This document shows, in pieces, positions 10,556-20,445 of a stretch of 64,000 nt of DNA. Source of the stretch: a bacterium (lineage in GTDB: Bacteria > CG2-30-53-67). The notes under the pieces are model-generated. The model saw nothing but the letters and a program-made list of their open reading frames with translations. It had not been told where the DNA came from and did no database searches. The DNA is taken from positions 6,396-70,395 of the forward strand of contig CAKKPE010000035.1 of assembly GCA_919901565.1 (NCBI GenBank), given 5' to 3'. Position 1 is the stretch's first letter. The number at the start of each line of letters is the position of its first letter. Both the position numbers and the translations under genes were made by a program.

Positions 10556-11293
10556 TCACCGTACCGGCACTCCAGGAAATGTCATACTCACTTCATGGAT
10601 TCCGGCACGGGCGAGCTGATCCGCCGTGAGCCAGCGTAACCGGATCCTGGACCAGTGAAAGAGCCTTTGCGGCTCATCGCTCAGCGGCTTCTGGGTTTCG
10701 TCATACAAGACCTTATAGAACTCCATCCCATCCTGCACGCGTACCATCTTCAGATGAAACGCAACCGAGGCCGGACTGATGATTGAATACTTTCCTCCCA
10801 CCCGTTCATGTATCCGAAGAACCTCGCCCACCACCACGGCATCCACGTCAAGTTTTTTCCCTATCTCCATTATGAACGGGATGTCATTGAAAAGGCCCTC
10901 GGACCTCTCCTGGAGATTGAACATCGAGTAGGCCTGCTCCAGGGGGACAATCTCATAAGGGGCCGACTTTTTCAGATCCTCATACAGGTACTCCGCAAGA
11001 AGCCCGCCTTCCCTTGAGAAGTCTTTGTGCTCACGAATGGGATGGCCGCAGAAGGAACAGACCACATCCAGCCCCTTGTCCGCCTGACTGACTTCGGGTG
11101 CAGCCCATGGGAGAATCGCGATCCGTTCGATCCGAATCTTCCGGATATCCGGCGAATACCATGGTTGCAGATCCTTTTGAAGCCGGGCATCCTCCATGAT
11201 CCCCCTGCCCGTCGCACATGACAGGAATACCACGGAAAGCATCAGCATCAAAACCGCACGAAAGATATGGATAAGGAAACGATGAACATGCAT
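10556..11293 (-). CDS. hypothetical secreted protein (signal peptide)
   Basis: Start chosen at the internal Met (MHVHRFLIHIFRAVLMLMLSVVFLSCATG), which gives a signal-peptide-like N-terminus. No recognisable domain. Confidence 0.4.
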   Translation of the reverse strand: MHVHRFLIHIFRAVLMLMLSVVFLSCATGRGIMEDARLQKDLQPWYSPDIRKIRIERIAILPWAAPEVSQADKGLDVVCSFCGHPIREHKDFSREGGLLAEYLYEDLKKSAPYEIVPLEQAYSMFNLQERSEGLFNDIPFIMEIGKKLDVDAVVVGEVLRIHERVGGKYSIISPASVAFHLKMVRVQDGMEFYKVLYDETQKPLSDEPQRLFHWSRIRLRWLTADQLARAGIHEVSMTFPGVPVR

Positions 11294-11414
11294 ATATAAC
11301 CTCTTGACTGCAAGGGCCGCCACAGCTGTCATCCCGGACCTGACCCGAAACAAAATCCTTGTATCATCGTAGCACAAAACCACGGGATGTCAAACCCGAG
11401 GTTCCGGATACGGA

Positions 11415-12857
11415 TCAGAATCCGTACGCTTTCCAGCGGGACGTGACCAGATTCCGGATTTCTTCGATCATGACAATATCCTCGGGCCATTCCCGTGTAT
11501 GCCCTTCGGTGGGCCACTTCTTGGTTGCATCGATCCCGATCTTGGCCCCGTACTTGGGCAGGGGGGAGGCGTGGTCCAGGGCATCAAGAGGACCTTCCAC
11601 GACCTCCACGTCCCTTTTCCAGTCCACGTTGTTCCCCAGGCGCCAGAGGACCTCGGAGGTGTTTTGCACATTCACATGGGCATCCACAACCACGATCATC
11701 TTGGTGAACATCATCTGGCCGGTCCCCCAGATCGAATGCATGACTTTGCGGGCATGTCCCGGATACCGCTTGTCGATGGAGATGAAGACCATGTTGTGGA
11801 AGATCCCCTCAAGAGGGAGGTTCATGTCCACGACCTCAGGCAGCTGCTTTCTCAGCAGGGGAAGAAAGATCCGTTCCGTGGCCTTGCCCAGATAGCAGTC
11901 CTCCATGGGCGGCTTCCCCACGATGGTCGTGGGATAGAGCGGGTTTTTCCTGCGCGTGATGCAGGTGATGTGAAAGACCGGATAGGGCTCTGACAGGGAG
12001 TAATAGCCCGTATGGTCGCCGAAGGGGCCCTCGACCCTGCTCTCGCCCGGGTCCACATACCCTTCCAGAATGATCTCGGCATGGGCCGGCACCACCAGGT
12101 CCACGGTCTCGCAGGAAACCATCTCCACCGGTTCCCCGCGCAGGAATCCGGCAAAGAGCATCTCGTCGAACTCGTCCGGAAGCGGGGCCGTGGCTGAATA
12201 GATAACCGCTGGGTCCGCCCCGAGCGCCACGGCCACGGGGAGCCGCTCATGCCGGCGCCCGGAATCCTGATAATGGCGGGAGCCGTGCTTGTGGATGTGC
12301 CAGTGCATGCCCGTGGTCCGGTCATCATAGACATGCATGCGGTACATCCCGCAATTCTGGGTCCCGGTAACGGGGTTTTTGGTAAAGACCAGAGGAAGGG
12401 TGATGAATCGTCCCCCGTCCAGAGGCCAGCACTTGAGGATTGGAAAGGACGAAAGTGAAGGACGGTCCTTCTCGATGACCTCCTTGACCGGTCCCGTCTT
12501 CACCTTCTTGGGGATAAAATTGGCCAGCCTTTTCAGCTTAGGGAGCTGTTTGATCTTTTCGATCAGGTTGGTGGGGATCTCCGGCTCGATGATATCCAGT
12601 ATCCTCCGGGCGATCTCCTCCAGGGAACCCACCTCAAGGGCGAGGCAGATCCTCTCCATGCTCCCGAAGGCATTGATCAGTAGCGGATAGGGGGACCCTT
12701 TGACCTTTTCGAAGAGCAGGGCCGGCCCCCCCTCCTTGGAGATGCGGTCCGTGATCTCAGTGATCTCCAGTTCCGGGTCCACCTCGACCTGGATCCTCCT
12801 GATAAGAGATCTCTGTTCCAGGACCCGTACAAAATCCCGCAAATCTTTATAGGCCAT
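11415..12857 (-). CDS. UbiD family decarboxylase (menaquinone/ubiquinone-biosynthesis decarboxylase-like)
   Basis: 480 aa. The N-terminus MAYKDLRDFVRVLEQRSLIRRIQVEVDPELEITEI is typical of UbiD. Confidence 0.85.
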   Translation of the reverse strand: MAYKDLRDFVRVLEQRSLIRRIQVEVDPELEITEITDRISKEGGPALLFEKVKGSPYPLLINAFGSMERICLALEVGSLEEIARRILDIIEPEIPTNLIEKIKQLPKLKRLANFIPKKVKTGPVKEVIEKDRPSLSSFPILKCWPLDGGRFITLPLVFTKNPVTGTQNCGMYRMHVYDDRTTGMHWHIHKHGSRHYQDSGRRHERLPVAVALGADPAVIYSATAPLPDEFDEMLFAGFLRGEPVEMVSCETVDLVVPAHAEIILEGYVDPGESRVEGPFGDHTGYYSLSEPYPVFHITCITRRKNPLYPTTIVGKPPMEDCYLGKATERIFLPLLRKQLPEVVDMNLPLEGIFHNMVFISIDKRYPGHARKVMHSIWGTGQMMFTKMIVVVDAHVNVQNTSEVLWRLGNNVDWKRDVEVVEGPLDALDHASPLPKYGAKIGIDATKKWPTEGHTREWPEDIVMIEEIRNLVTSRWKAYGF

Positions 12858-12925
12858 CCTGCGTCCGTCCTGAAAGTCTCGGAGTTATCCCGTCAAAGGC
12901 CTGGGCCCAAAGGTGGAAAGAACCA

Positions 12926-13000
12926 TGGAGCCGCTGAGAGGGATTGAACCTCCAACCTACTGATTACGAATCAGTTGCTCTACCATTGAGCTACAGCGGC
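12926..13000 (-). tRNA. tRNA-Thr (anticodon CGU)
   Basis: The reverse complement folds as a cloverleaf: 7-bp acceptor stem GCCGCTG/CAGCGGC, anticodon stem ACTGA/TCAGT with loop TTCGTAA (CGT at 34-36), T-loop GTTCAATC, encoded CCA. 75 nt. Confidence 0.8.
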
Positions 13001-13325
13001 ATCGGTTCCGGCCTCTTCATCAACCGACAAAAATTTGTAACATGTTTACCCTTGCCGGTCAAGAACTTTCATGACAATGCAAAAATCCGACAGCCGGGTT
13101 TCATGATTCGCATCTGCCTGACGGCTTTTTATGTACAGAGGTGTTCATAGAGGTAGTGTGAGGGGAAACCGGGGCAATAGGATGGAGAAAGCCCTTATAA
13201 ACGTACAGCCGCAGCACAAGGGACGGCCACGGATACGGTAGGCACAGCCATGCGGGCCACCTGGGTAATGACTACCAGGCGGCCCGCATGTGCAAAATAA
13301 ATAATTCCCTTTTGAAGCTGAAGCC

Positions 13326-13958
13326 CTACTTGCGCCGGCGCAGGAAGGACAGACCCAGAATCCCCAGACCCATCAATGAGAGACTCCCGGGCTCCGGTAC
13401 CGGTACAATGGTCATAGACGTCAGATAAACTGGGCCGTCATTCGCTGTCATCGTAAAATGGCTGCCGGAGTACGAAACCGCGTTCACAGAGAGTAGTGCG
13501 ACGCGGGGGGCCAAGGTCAGGTTAGAAGGAATGGCGTCAGCAGTAATCCCGACCGCAGTGGTAATTCCCGCAAAAGCGTGGTTGCTGAATACGAGTTCCG
13601 TAATGTCAACATCCTGATTAAATACAAAATCCAGCATCTCACCAGGTGTCATGTTGTCCTCACCCAGAGGCTTGCACAGGTTTGACCCATTCACGTCCTT
13701 GCAGACCCCGAGGCCGCCCGGACCGTTGATATCACCATTATCGGTGTACGCATAATACTGGATCAGATCGTCATCAGGAGCAGTCGCCGTGATCGTAAGT
13801 GTAAGCGATCCGGATGGCCATACAAGCGTCTGATACCCTTTTTCGCCGTTCACATTCGCATAATCCATAAAGTTAAACGTGATCGGAGCGGCATTGGCGG
13901 ACTGAATCCCCAAACCTAAAACTAACACTAACACTGCAACTAACTTTTTGATGCTCAT
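13326..13958 (-). CDS. PEP-CTERM sorting domain-containing protein (secreted)
   Basis: N-terminal signal peptide. C-terminal VPEPGSLSLMGLGILGLSFLRRRK is a PEP-CTERM anchor: PEP motif, a TM stretch, then a basic tail. Confidence 0.8.
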   Translation of the reverse strand: MSIKKLVAVLVLVLGLGIQSANAAPITFNFMDYANVNGEKGYQTLVWPSGSLTLTITATAPDDDLIQYYAYTDNGDINGPGGLGVCKDVNGSNLCKPLGEDNMTPGEMLDFVFNQDVDITELVFSNHAFAGITTAVGITADAIPSNLTLAPRVALLSVNAVSYSGSHFTMTANDGPVYLTSMTIVPVPEPGSLSLMGLGILGLSFLRRRK

Positions 13959-14387
13959 AAAAACCTCCTTCTATAAAAATGTTTTGCACCAAGTCTCTGA
14001 CTATTATTAATCAGTGAGTTCTCATTTCTATTGTAATAGTGGTTTTTGGATGGCAAAGGTCGCGAAAAAAGTTTGTTTTTCGGGGGTTTTTATCGATATA
14101 AACTGAAAATTAGCTCTTAAGTTTAATAAATGCGGGGTTAAGCCTCTAACTCACCCCTGTCAAAAACCGAACATCTCTTGTTTTAAGACTGTTTATCAGC
14201 CATATCTGTTTGAATCTTGTTTCCATGTTTACCGCCCCACCCTATCCCGCTAAAAAATATAAAAGTTGGTAAATCAATGCGTTACTGATTAGAATGGAAC
14301 AATGGAAAGGTTTGACAAGACCATTCACACATTCTATGCTAAGGACAGAAAATTACTTGAAAAACAAGGTTTTGTTCAAACATGATG

Positions 14388-14541
14388 GACTCGTAAAAAA
14401 GTCCTCAAATGAGGCGGCAAAGTAAAAAGCTCCAGATGCAAGGCGCGCAAGTCCTGAGGAATGAGGCGTACTTACAGCTACGCCGCAATGACGAAGGACG
14501 CAGCGCAACGACGCAGATGGACTTTTTACGAAGCCGTCAAA
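14388..14541. mobile_element. MITE-like element copy 1 (~150 bp, 11-bp terminal inverted repeats GTAAAAAGTCC / GGACTTTTTAC)
   Basis: About 85% identical to 56734-56880. Terminal inverted repeats are present, plus an internal hairpin conserved through compensatory changes. Ends 1 bp before the ATG of the CBS-DHH-PAP gene. Confidence 0.5.
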
Positions 14542-14542
14542 C

Positions 14543-17167
14543 ATGGACGTAATCACCACCCATATCAATGCGGACTTCGACTGCCTGGCCTCCATGGTGG
14601 CGGCCCGTAAGTTCTATCCTGAGGCCAGGATGGTCTTCCCCGGTTCGCAGGAGCACGGCCTTCATCAGTTCTTTCTGCATTCCGCGAGTTATGCCCTGGA
14701 TTTTGAACGGATCAGGAACATCCGGATGGAAGAGGTCACCCGGTTGATCCTCGTGGACACCAAGTCGTCCAGCCGGATCGGGAAATTCGCCGAACTAATC
14801 GGCAAGCCCGGCGTCACGGTTCATATCTTCGATCACCATCCGGTAACAGCGGGGGATATCCCGGCCGACTATGCGGTCATCCGGGACCGGGGCTCCAACA
14901 CCACCATCTTCGTGGAGCTGATCCGGAAGGAGGGGATCCCCATCACGCCCATGGAGGCGACGATCATGGCCATCGGGATCTATGAAGACACGGGCTCCTT
15001 CACCTTTGCATCGACCCGCAGGGAGGACCTGGATGCAGCCGCATATCTTCTGACCCAGGGTGCGGACCTCAACATGGTCTCGGATTTCATCACCAAGGAA
15101 CTCACGGTCGAGCAGTTCAGCCTCCTGAACGATCTGATCCAGTCGGCAAGGACCTATACCATTCGGGGGGTCGACGTGGTCCTGGCAACATCCTCCACGG
15201 AGCAGTACATCGGCGACCTCTCGGTTCTGGCCCATAAGCTCAGAGACATAGAAAACATCAATGTATTATTCGTCCTGGTCCGGATGGGAGACCGGGTCCA
15301 TCTCATCGCCCGGTCCAGGCTCCCCGAGGTAAATGTCGGGGAGATCATGGCCGAGATGAGCGGAGGGGGACACCCCACAGCAGCGTCGGCCACGGTCAAG
15401 GAAAAGACCCTGCTTCAGATCCAGGATGAGCTCCTGCAGCTCCTGAAAAAGCACATTCTCCCGGTCCGGTGTGCGGAAGAGATCATGACCTCGCCGGTCA
15501 TCATGATCCAGGCGGATAAAAGCCTTGCCGAGGCATCTGAAATCATGACCCGCTACAATATCAACGCCATTCCGGTTGTGGAAGACGAAAAATTCGCGGG
15601 CGTTGTGACACGAGAGGTCGTGCAGAAAGGGATCTTCCACGAACTGCAGCAGACGCCGGTCCGGGATTTCATGAGCACCGAGGTTCTAACGGCGGACAAG
15701 AAGACATCGCTTTTCACCATAGAAGAGAGCATGATCGAAAAGAACCAGCGCATGATGCCGGTACTCGAAAACGGCCGGATCATCGGGGCCGTCACCCGGA
15801 CCGACCTCCTGATGGCGCTTTATGAGGATATCCGCAAGAAACCCCAGCCGCCCTACGCCCTGAACGAGGAGAACGAATATCTCTTCAGCAAGAGCGTACG
15901 AAAGCTCATGGATGAAATGATCCCCTCCCCGCTCATCAAGATCCTCCGGGATGTGGGAAAGACCGCCGACGCACTCGGCTATTCCGCTTACGTGGTCGGG
16001 GGCTTTGTCCGGGACCTGCTTCTGGGGATTGAAAATCTGGACATCGATATCGTGGTCAAAGGGGACGGGGTCAAACTGGCCAATGCCTTTGCCGAACGCT
16101 TCAAGGCAAGGGTCAAGAGCCATCCCAGGTTCGGGACCGCTGTGGTCATCCTACCGGACGGGTTCCGGGTGGACATGGCCACGGCAAGGACCGAATACTA
16201 TGAGTATCCTGCGGCCCTTCCCAGGGTCGAGATCAGTTCCGTGAAAAAAGACCTCTACAGAAGGGACTTCACCATAAACACCCTGATCATCCAGCTCAAC
16301 AGCAAGGCATTCGGACGGCTGATCGACTATTTCGGAGGGCAAAGGGACCTCAAGGACCGGGCCATCCGTATCCTGCATAACCTGAGTTTCGTGGAAGACC
16401 CCACGCGGGCCTTCCGGGCCATCCGCTTCGAGACCAGGTTCCACTTCAACATCGGCCGGCAGACTGCAGGCCTGATCAAGAGTGCAGTCCGCATGAATCT
16501 TTTTCAGAAACTCTCAGGCAAGCGCCTCTTCATCGAGTTAAAATATCTCTTCCAGGAGGGGAACCCCTTCCCTTCGATCAGGCGCATGGAATCGTTCGAC
16601 CTTCTCCAGTTCATTCATCCCAGCCTCAAATTGACATCCGCCTCGGAGCAGCTCTTCTCTTCCATCAAGAACGTCCTGGCCTGGTTCGAGCTCCTTTTTC
16701 TGGATATCCGGGCCGAGGCCTATCTGGTCTACCTCATGGGTCTCCTTCTCTCTCTCAAAAAAGAGGAAATCCGTCAGGCGGAAAAGACCCTGGACCTCGG
16801 CAGGGAGTTCTTCAGCAAATATCTGATCGGGACCGATAAATTTTCAGAGATCATCAACCGTTTCAAGAACCGCAAGAAAATCCTCCCGAGCGAGATTCAT
16901 GGGATGCTCTCTCCTGTCCCGACCGAAACAATCCTCCTGATGATGGCCTCCACGACATCATTGATCGCGAAAGAACGTTTTTCCATTTTCCTGACCAGGC
17001 TCAGGAACATCAAATCGGAGCTCACCGGACAGGATATCCGCAAACTCGGGTTCAAACCAGGGCCCATCTACCAGAAGATCCTGAACCGGTTGAGGGACGC
17101 GCATCTGGACGGAAAGGTTAAAACCAGGGAAGAGGAGATCCGCCTGGTCAGGAAGGAGTTCCTTTAA
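14543..17167 (+). CDS. CBS domain-containing DHH/DHHA1 phosphoesterase - poly(A) polymerase/tRNA nucleotidyltransferase fusion protein
   Basis: 874 aa. N-terminal DHH motif (HINADFDCLAS...DHH), a central CBS pair, then a nucleotidyltransferase head (GGFVRDLLLGIENLDIDIVVKGDG) and a C-terminal HD-like tail. Confidence 0.8.
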   Translation: MDVITTHINADFDCLASMVAARKFYPEARMVFPGSQEHGLHQFFLHSASYALDFERIRNIRMEEVTRLILVDTKSSSRIGKFAELIGKPGVTVHIFDHHPVTAGDIPADYAVIRDRGSNTTIFVELIRKEGIPITPMEATIMAIGIYEDTGSFTFASTRREDLDAAAYLLTQGADLNMVSDFITKELTVEQFSLLNDLIQSARTYTIRGVDVVLATSSTEQYIGDLSVLAHKLRDIENINVLFVLVRMGDRVHLIARSRLPEVNVGEIMAEMSGGGHPTAASATVKEKTLLQIQDELLQLLKKHILPVRCAEEIMTSPVIMIQADKSLAEASEIMTRYNINAIPVVEDEKFAGVVTREVVQKGIFHELQQTPVRDFMSTEVLTADKKTSLFTIEESMIEKNQRMMPVLENGRIIGAVTRTDLLMALYEDIRKKPQPPYALNEENEYLFSKSVRKLMDEMIPSPLIKILRDVGKTADALGYSAYVVGGFVRDLLLGIENLDIDIVVKGDGVKLANAFAERFKARVKSHPRFGTAVVILPDGFRVDMATARTEYYEYPAALPRVEISSVKKDLYRRDFTINTLIIQLNSKAFGRLIDYFGGQRDLKDRAIRILHNLSFVEDPTRAFRAIRFETRFHFNIGRQTAGLIKSAVRMNLFQKLSGKRLFIELKYLFQEGNPFPSIRRMESFDLLQFIHPSLKLTSASEQLFSSIKNVLAWFELLFLDIRAEAYLVYLMGLLLSLKKEEIRQAEKTLDLGREFFSKYLIGTDKFSEIINRFKNRKKILPSEIHGMLSPVPTETILLMMASTTSLIAKERFSIFLTRLRNIKSELTGQDIRKLGFKPGPIYQKILNRLRDAHLDGKVKTREEEIRLVRKEFL

Positions 17168-17507
17168 TATAGAGATTAAAGATAAAGAATCAAAAATCAA
17201 AATGACAGATTAAAAATCAGAAATGAATTCTGTAGAATTATTCATAATCGGATACTTCGGCGTCTTTATCGGTTGGAAACTCATGTCCTGAATCCAAGGC
17301 AGGCTTTCCAAAAGAGGCTGCGCTATTTTTATATTTTGATTTGTCATTTTGATTTTTTATCTTTGATCTTTGATTCTTAAGGGTTTGCAAGAGATGCTTC
17401 GATTCCCAATTTCTGCGTGGTTCAACTTGTCCCGGCGTATGATAAAGGATGCACCACAAAATCAGATTGCACCTGTTTTGCAATATTGTTATAGTACCTG
17501 ACCAGGT

Positions 17508-18170
17508 GTGAGCCCTGTTAGAGGCCTCAAGGTCTTTTACGGGATAGAAGGAGGAACCCTCTTGAAATGGCATTACCTCATGATCCCGGTGATCGGCGCC
17601 GTCATCGGGTGGGTCACAAACTACATAGCCATCAAGATGCTCTTCAGGCCTTACCGGCCCGTGCGCATCCTCGGGTTCACCTTTCAGGGCCTGCTTCCGA
17701 AGAGGAGAAAAGAATTCGCCCTGAGCATAGCGAGGACCGTGGAGAGGGACCTGCTGACCGTCGAGGACATCACCCGTTTCTTTGAGGGCGTCAACTGGGA
17801 GGAAGAGGTGGAACTGGCTGTGGCCCAGACCATCGAGGCCCGTAAAAAAAGCAAAAGCCTCTCCAGAATACTGAAGACCCCGATCCTGGGACTGATCGGA
17901 AACGAGATCCTCCGTCAGGTCCAGAAAAACCTGACCCATAAGATCATCGCCAAGATTGAAGAGCAAAAAGGCCGGCTGATCGAAAAATTCCAGAACGCCA
18001 TCGAACTCAAGGAAGTGGTTTCCAGGAAGGTGGATGGATTCAAAATAGAGAAGGTCGAGTCCCTGCTCATGGATCTGATCTCCCAGGAACTCACCTATAT
18101 CGAAGCCGTGGGGGCCGTTCTCGGTTTTATCATCGGATTGGCCCAGATGATTTTCATGATCCTCTACTAA
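17508..18170 (+). CDS. DUF445 family membrane protein
   Basis: N-terminal TM segment (HYLMIPVIGAVIGWVTNYIAIKMLFRP) typical of DUF445/YheB-like proteins, plus a C-terminal TM. The true start may be the TTG/LKW slightly downstream. Confidence 0.65.
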   Translation: MSPVRGLKVFYGIEGGTLLKWHYLMIPVIGAVIGWVTNYIAIKMLFRPYRPVRILGFTFQGLLPKRRKEFALSIARTVERDLLTVEDITRFFEGVNWEEEVELAVAQTIEARKKSKSLSRILKTPILGLIGNEILRQVQKNLTHKIIAKIEEQKGRLIEKFQNAIELKEVVSRKVDGFKIEKVESLLMDLISQELTYIEAVGAVLGFIIGLAQMIFMILY

Positions 18171-18187
18171 TATGCGGATAGAAAGAA

Positions 18188-19021
18188 ATGGAGAAAGGGA
18201 AACTCTACATCGTGGCCACACCCATCGGGAATCTGGAGGATATGACCCTGCGTGCGATCCGCATCCTGAAATCCGTGGGACTCATCGCAGCCGAGGATAC
18301 GAGACATTCATTGAAGCTCCTGAAGCACTACGACATCACCACACCCATGACCAGCTACCATAACTTCACTAACGAAGGGAAACGGAATCAGCTCATCCGG
18401 AAAATGCTGGAAGGAGAAGATCTCGCCCTCATCTCCGATGCAGGAACCCCCGGCATCTCAGATCCGGGATACCGTCTGATCGAAGGGGCCATCGGGCAGG
18501 GGATCACGGTCTGCGCGGTGCCAGGGCCTTCGGTCGCCGCAGCGGCGCTCTCCGTTGCCGGGCTCCCCACGGATTCTTTTTTCTTCAATGGGTATCTCCC
18601 GAATCGGGTCGGCCAGCGGAGGGCGTGTCTGCAAAAACTCAAGACAAGAACAGAGACACTGGTCCTCTACGAGACACCGCACCGGATCCTTGCGGCCCTT
18701 CAGGACATGCTAAATATCCTGGGAGACCGCCGGATCGCTGTAGCCCGGGAACTCACCAAGCTCCATGAAGAGGTCTTCCGGGGAAGCACCATGCAGGCCC
18801 TTGATCATTTCCGGGCCAAGGAGAGGATACGGGGCGAGTTCACGCTCGTTGTCAAGGGCTTCAACCCGGAAGAGGGCCCGAAGATTGAGATCGATCTTGC
18901 CGGGGAGATCAGGAAGGTGATGCGGGAGCAGAAGGTCTCCCGCAAGGATGCGGTCCGGATCGTGTCCGAGGCATACAGCCTTCCCAAAAAAACAGTCTAC
19001 CGGGAGAGCCTTAAAAAATAA
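18188..19021 (+). CDS. rsmI: 16S rRNA (cytidine1402-2'-O)-methyltransferase
   Basis: 277 aa. The N-terminus GKLYIVATPIGNLEDMTLRAIRILKSVGLIAAEDTRHS is the RsmI signature. Confidence 0.85.
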   Translation: MEKGKLYIVATPIGNLEDMTLRAIRILKSVGLIAAEDTRHSLKLLKHYDITTPMTSYHNFTNEGKRNQLIRKMLEGEDLALISDAGTPGISDPGYRLIEGAIGQGITVCAVPGPSVAAAALSVAGLPTDSFFFNGYLPNRVGQRRACLQKLKTRTETLVLYETPHRILAALQDMLNILGDRRIAVARELTKLHEEVFRGSTMQALDHFRAKERIRGEFTLVVKGFNPEEGPKIEIDLAGEIRKVMREQKVSRKDAVRIVSEAYSLPKKTVYRESLKK

Positions 19022-19024
19022 TTC

Positions 19025-19128
19025 GGTTCAAAGGGTTAAAAGAGTTCAAAGGGTTCAAACGGTTTAAACGGTTCAAACGGTTCAAACGGTTTGAACGATT
19101 TAAACGGTTTGAACGATTTGAACGATTT
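19025..19128. repeat. 9-bp tandem repeat array (GGTTCAAAC units switching to GGTTTGAAC/GATTTGAAC midway), locus B
   Basis: About 11 consecutive 9-10-bp units fill the whole rsmI-DUF362 intergenic region. Unit orientation flips in the middle, giving the array overall dyad symmetry. Confidence 0.85.
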
Positions 19129-19148
19129 TTTAACACAAGGAGTTCATC

Positions 19149-20273
19149 ATGGAACCGAGTCAGGTCTACTTCATATCGGCAAGGGCCACCAAGTGGTCTT
19201 ACAAGCTCAGTCTGGCAGGACGGTTCGAAACCCTGCTCAAGGAGATCCCCCTCTCCAGGTATATCAAGAAAAAAGAGCCGGTGGCCATAAAAATGCATTT
19301 CGGTTCCGAAGGGGCGCATCGTGTAGTCCGGCCCCTCTTCATCCGCAAGGTGGTCCAGGCCGTGCTTGATAGCGGGGGAAAACCGTTTGTCACCGATACG
19401 GTCCGGATCAAGGGCCTTGACTACCTGCAGGTGGCCAGCGAAAACGGGATTAACACGCTCTCCTGCGGTGCGCCGGTTTTGCTCGCGGACGGGATCTTCG
19501 GCAATGACAATGTCCCTGTCCCATCGGGGGACCTGCAGGGTGAGGTCTTCGTGGCATCGGCCATCTACGACACACCGGCCATGGTGGTCCTCTCCCATTT
19601 CAAGGGCCACTTCACTGCAGGGATCGGAGGCGCCATAAAAAACCTGGCCATGGGGTGCCTCTCCGGGTCCAGCAGGAGCCGGGACTGGAAACATGGCCGG
19701 GGAGGAATGCACGCCCACATGGATGGCCAGATCCAATGGGACAAGGAGAAATGCAGCCTGTGCAGCCAGTGCGTGGAGGTCTGTCCCCTCTTCGCCTGCA
19801 GTTTTGAGAACGAGCTGTTTGTCTACGACACCAAGAAATGCTGGCGCTGCGGAAGATGTGTGCGGGTCTGTCCTGAACAGGCGCTGGACCTCCCCGTGGA
19901 TGAAGAGCGCTTCCACAAGGGACTTGCCGAATCCACTCGTGCGGTCCTCTCCACGTTCAAGGAGAAGAAGATCCTGTATGCGAATTTCCTTCTCGAGATC
20001 CAGCCCGAATGCGACTGTATGCCCGCAGCCGACGTGCCTGTGATCCAGGATCTCGGCATCCTGGTCTCGGATGACGCCGTAGCCGTGGACCAGGCCTCAC
20101 TGGACATGCTCCGCGAAAGCCCCCCGCTTCCCGGATCAGCGGCCCAGGACAAGGGGATACAGCCCGGAGAGGACATCATGCTCAGACTGCACGAGATCAA
20201 CGGCCAGAAACAGATAGATTATGCCTTTGAACTCGGCCTGGGTAATAAAAAATATACTCTGGTCACCCGCTGA
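19149..20273 (+). CDS. DUF362 domain-containing iron-sulfur protein (with 2x[4Fe-4S] ferredoxin motif)
   Basis: 374 aa. DUF362-like N-terminal half. Two CxxCxxCxxxCP motifs (CSLCSQCVEVCP; CWRCGRCVRVCP). Confidence 0.75.
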   Translation: MEPSQVYFISARATKWSYKLSLAGRFETLLKEIPLSRYIKKKEPVAIKMHFGSEGAHRVVRPLFIRKVVQAVLDSGGKPFVTDTVRIKGLDYLQVASENGINTLSCGAPVLLADGIFGNDNVPVPSGDLQGEVFVASAIYDTPAMVVLSHFKGHFTAGIGGAIKNLAMGCLSGSSRSRDWKHGRGGMHAHMDGQIQWDKEKCSLCSQCVEVCPLFACSFENELFVYDTKKCWRCGRCVRVCPEQALDLPVDEERFHKGLAESTRAVLSTFKEKKILYANFLLEIQPECDCMPAADVPVIQDLGILVSDDAVAVDQASLDMLRESPPLPGSAAQDKGIQPGEDIMLRLHEINGQKQIDYAFELGLGNKKYTLVTR

Positions 20274-20295
20274 TTCCATAAAACCAAATGTTTTA

Positions 20296-20335
20296 TCTTG
20301 AACCCTTTGAGCTATTTGAACCTTTTGAACCAAAG
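20296..20335. repeat. short tandem repeat (TTTGAACC-type units), locus C
   Basis: 4-5 units: cttgaaccc tttgagcta tttgaacct tttgaacca. Same family as loci A, B, D, E and F. Confidence 0.7.
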
Positions 20336-20359
20336 GTTTACACAACTAAATAGAAATAC

Positions 20360-20387
20360 TTGACAAAACCTATTAAAACGTTATAGA
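20360..20387 (+). promoter_or_regulatory. putative sigma70 promoter (TTGACA-16 nt-TATAGA) for the REC-DHp gene
   Basis: cTTGACAaaacctattaaaacgtTATAGAagt sits ~60 bp upstream of the ATG at 20446. Confidence 0.3.
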
Positions 20388-20445
20388 AGTTGCTTTACCA
20401 TAACAGTATTTATGTCATTAACAACACGAACGAGAAGCGCTTATC

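Noticed and set aside
12944-13150. 68-aa plus-strand ORF
   Set aside because: Overlaps the tRNA-Thr gene on the opposite strand. No RBS.
14353-14595. 80-aa minus ORF, and the similar 74-aa minus ORF at 56623-56847
   Set aside because: Their shared peptide comes from translating the two copies of the MITE-like repeat. The first overlaps the start of the CBS-DHH-PAP gene.
17238-18221. 327-aa minus-strand ORF
   Set aside because: Antisense to the DUF445 gene, which has the family's TM signature. Odd Asp/Glu/His-rich composition and no homology.
19011-19916. 301-aa minus-strand ORF
   Set aside because: Antisense to the DUF362 Fe-S protein gene. Its C-terminus (NRSNRLNRLNRLNPLN) is a translation of tandem-repeat locus B.
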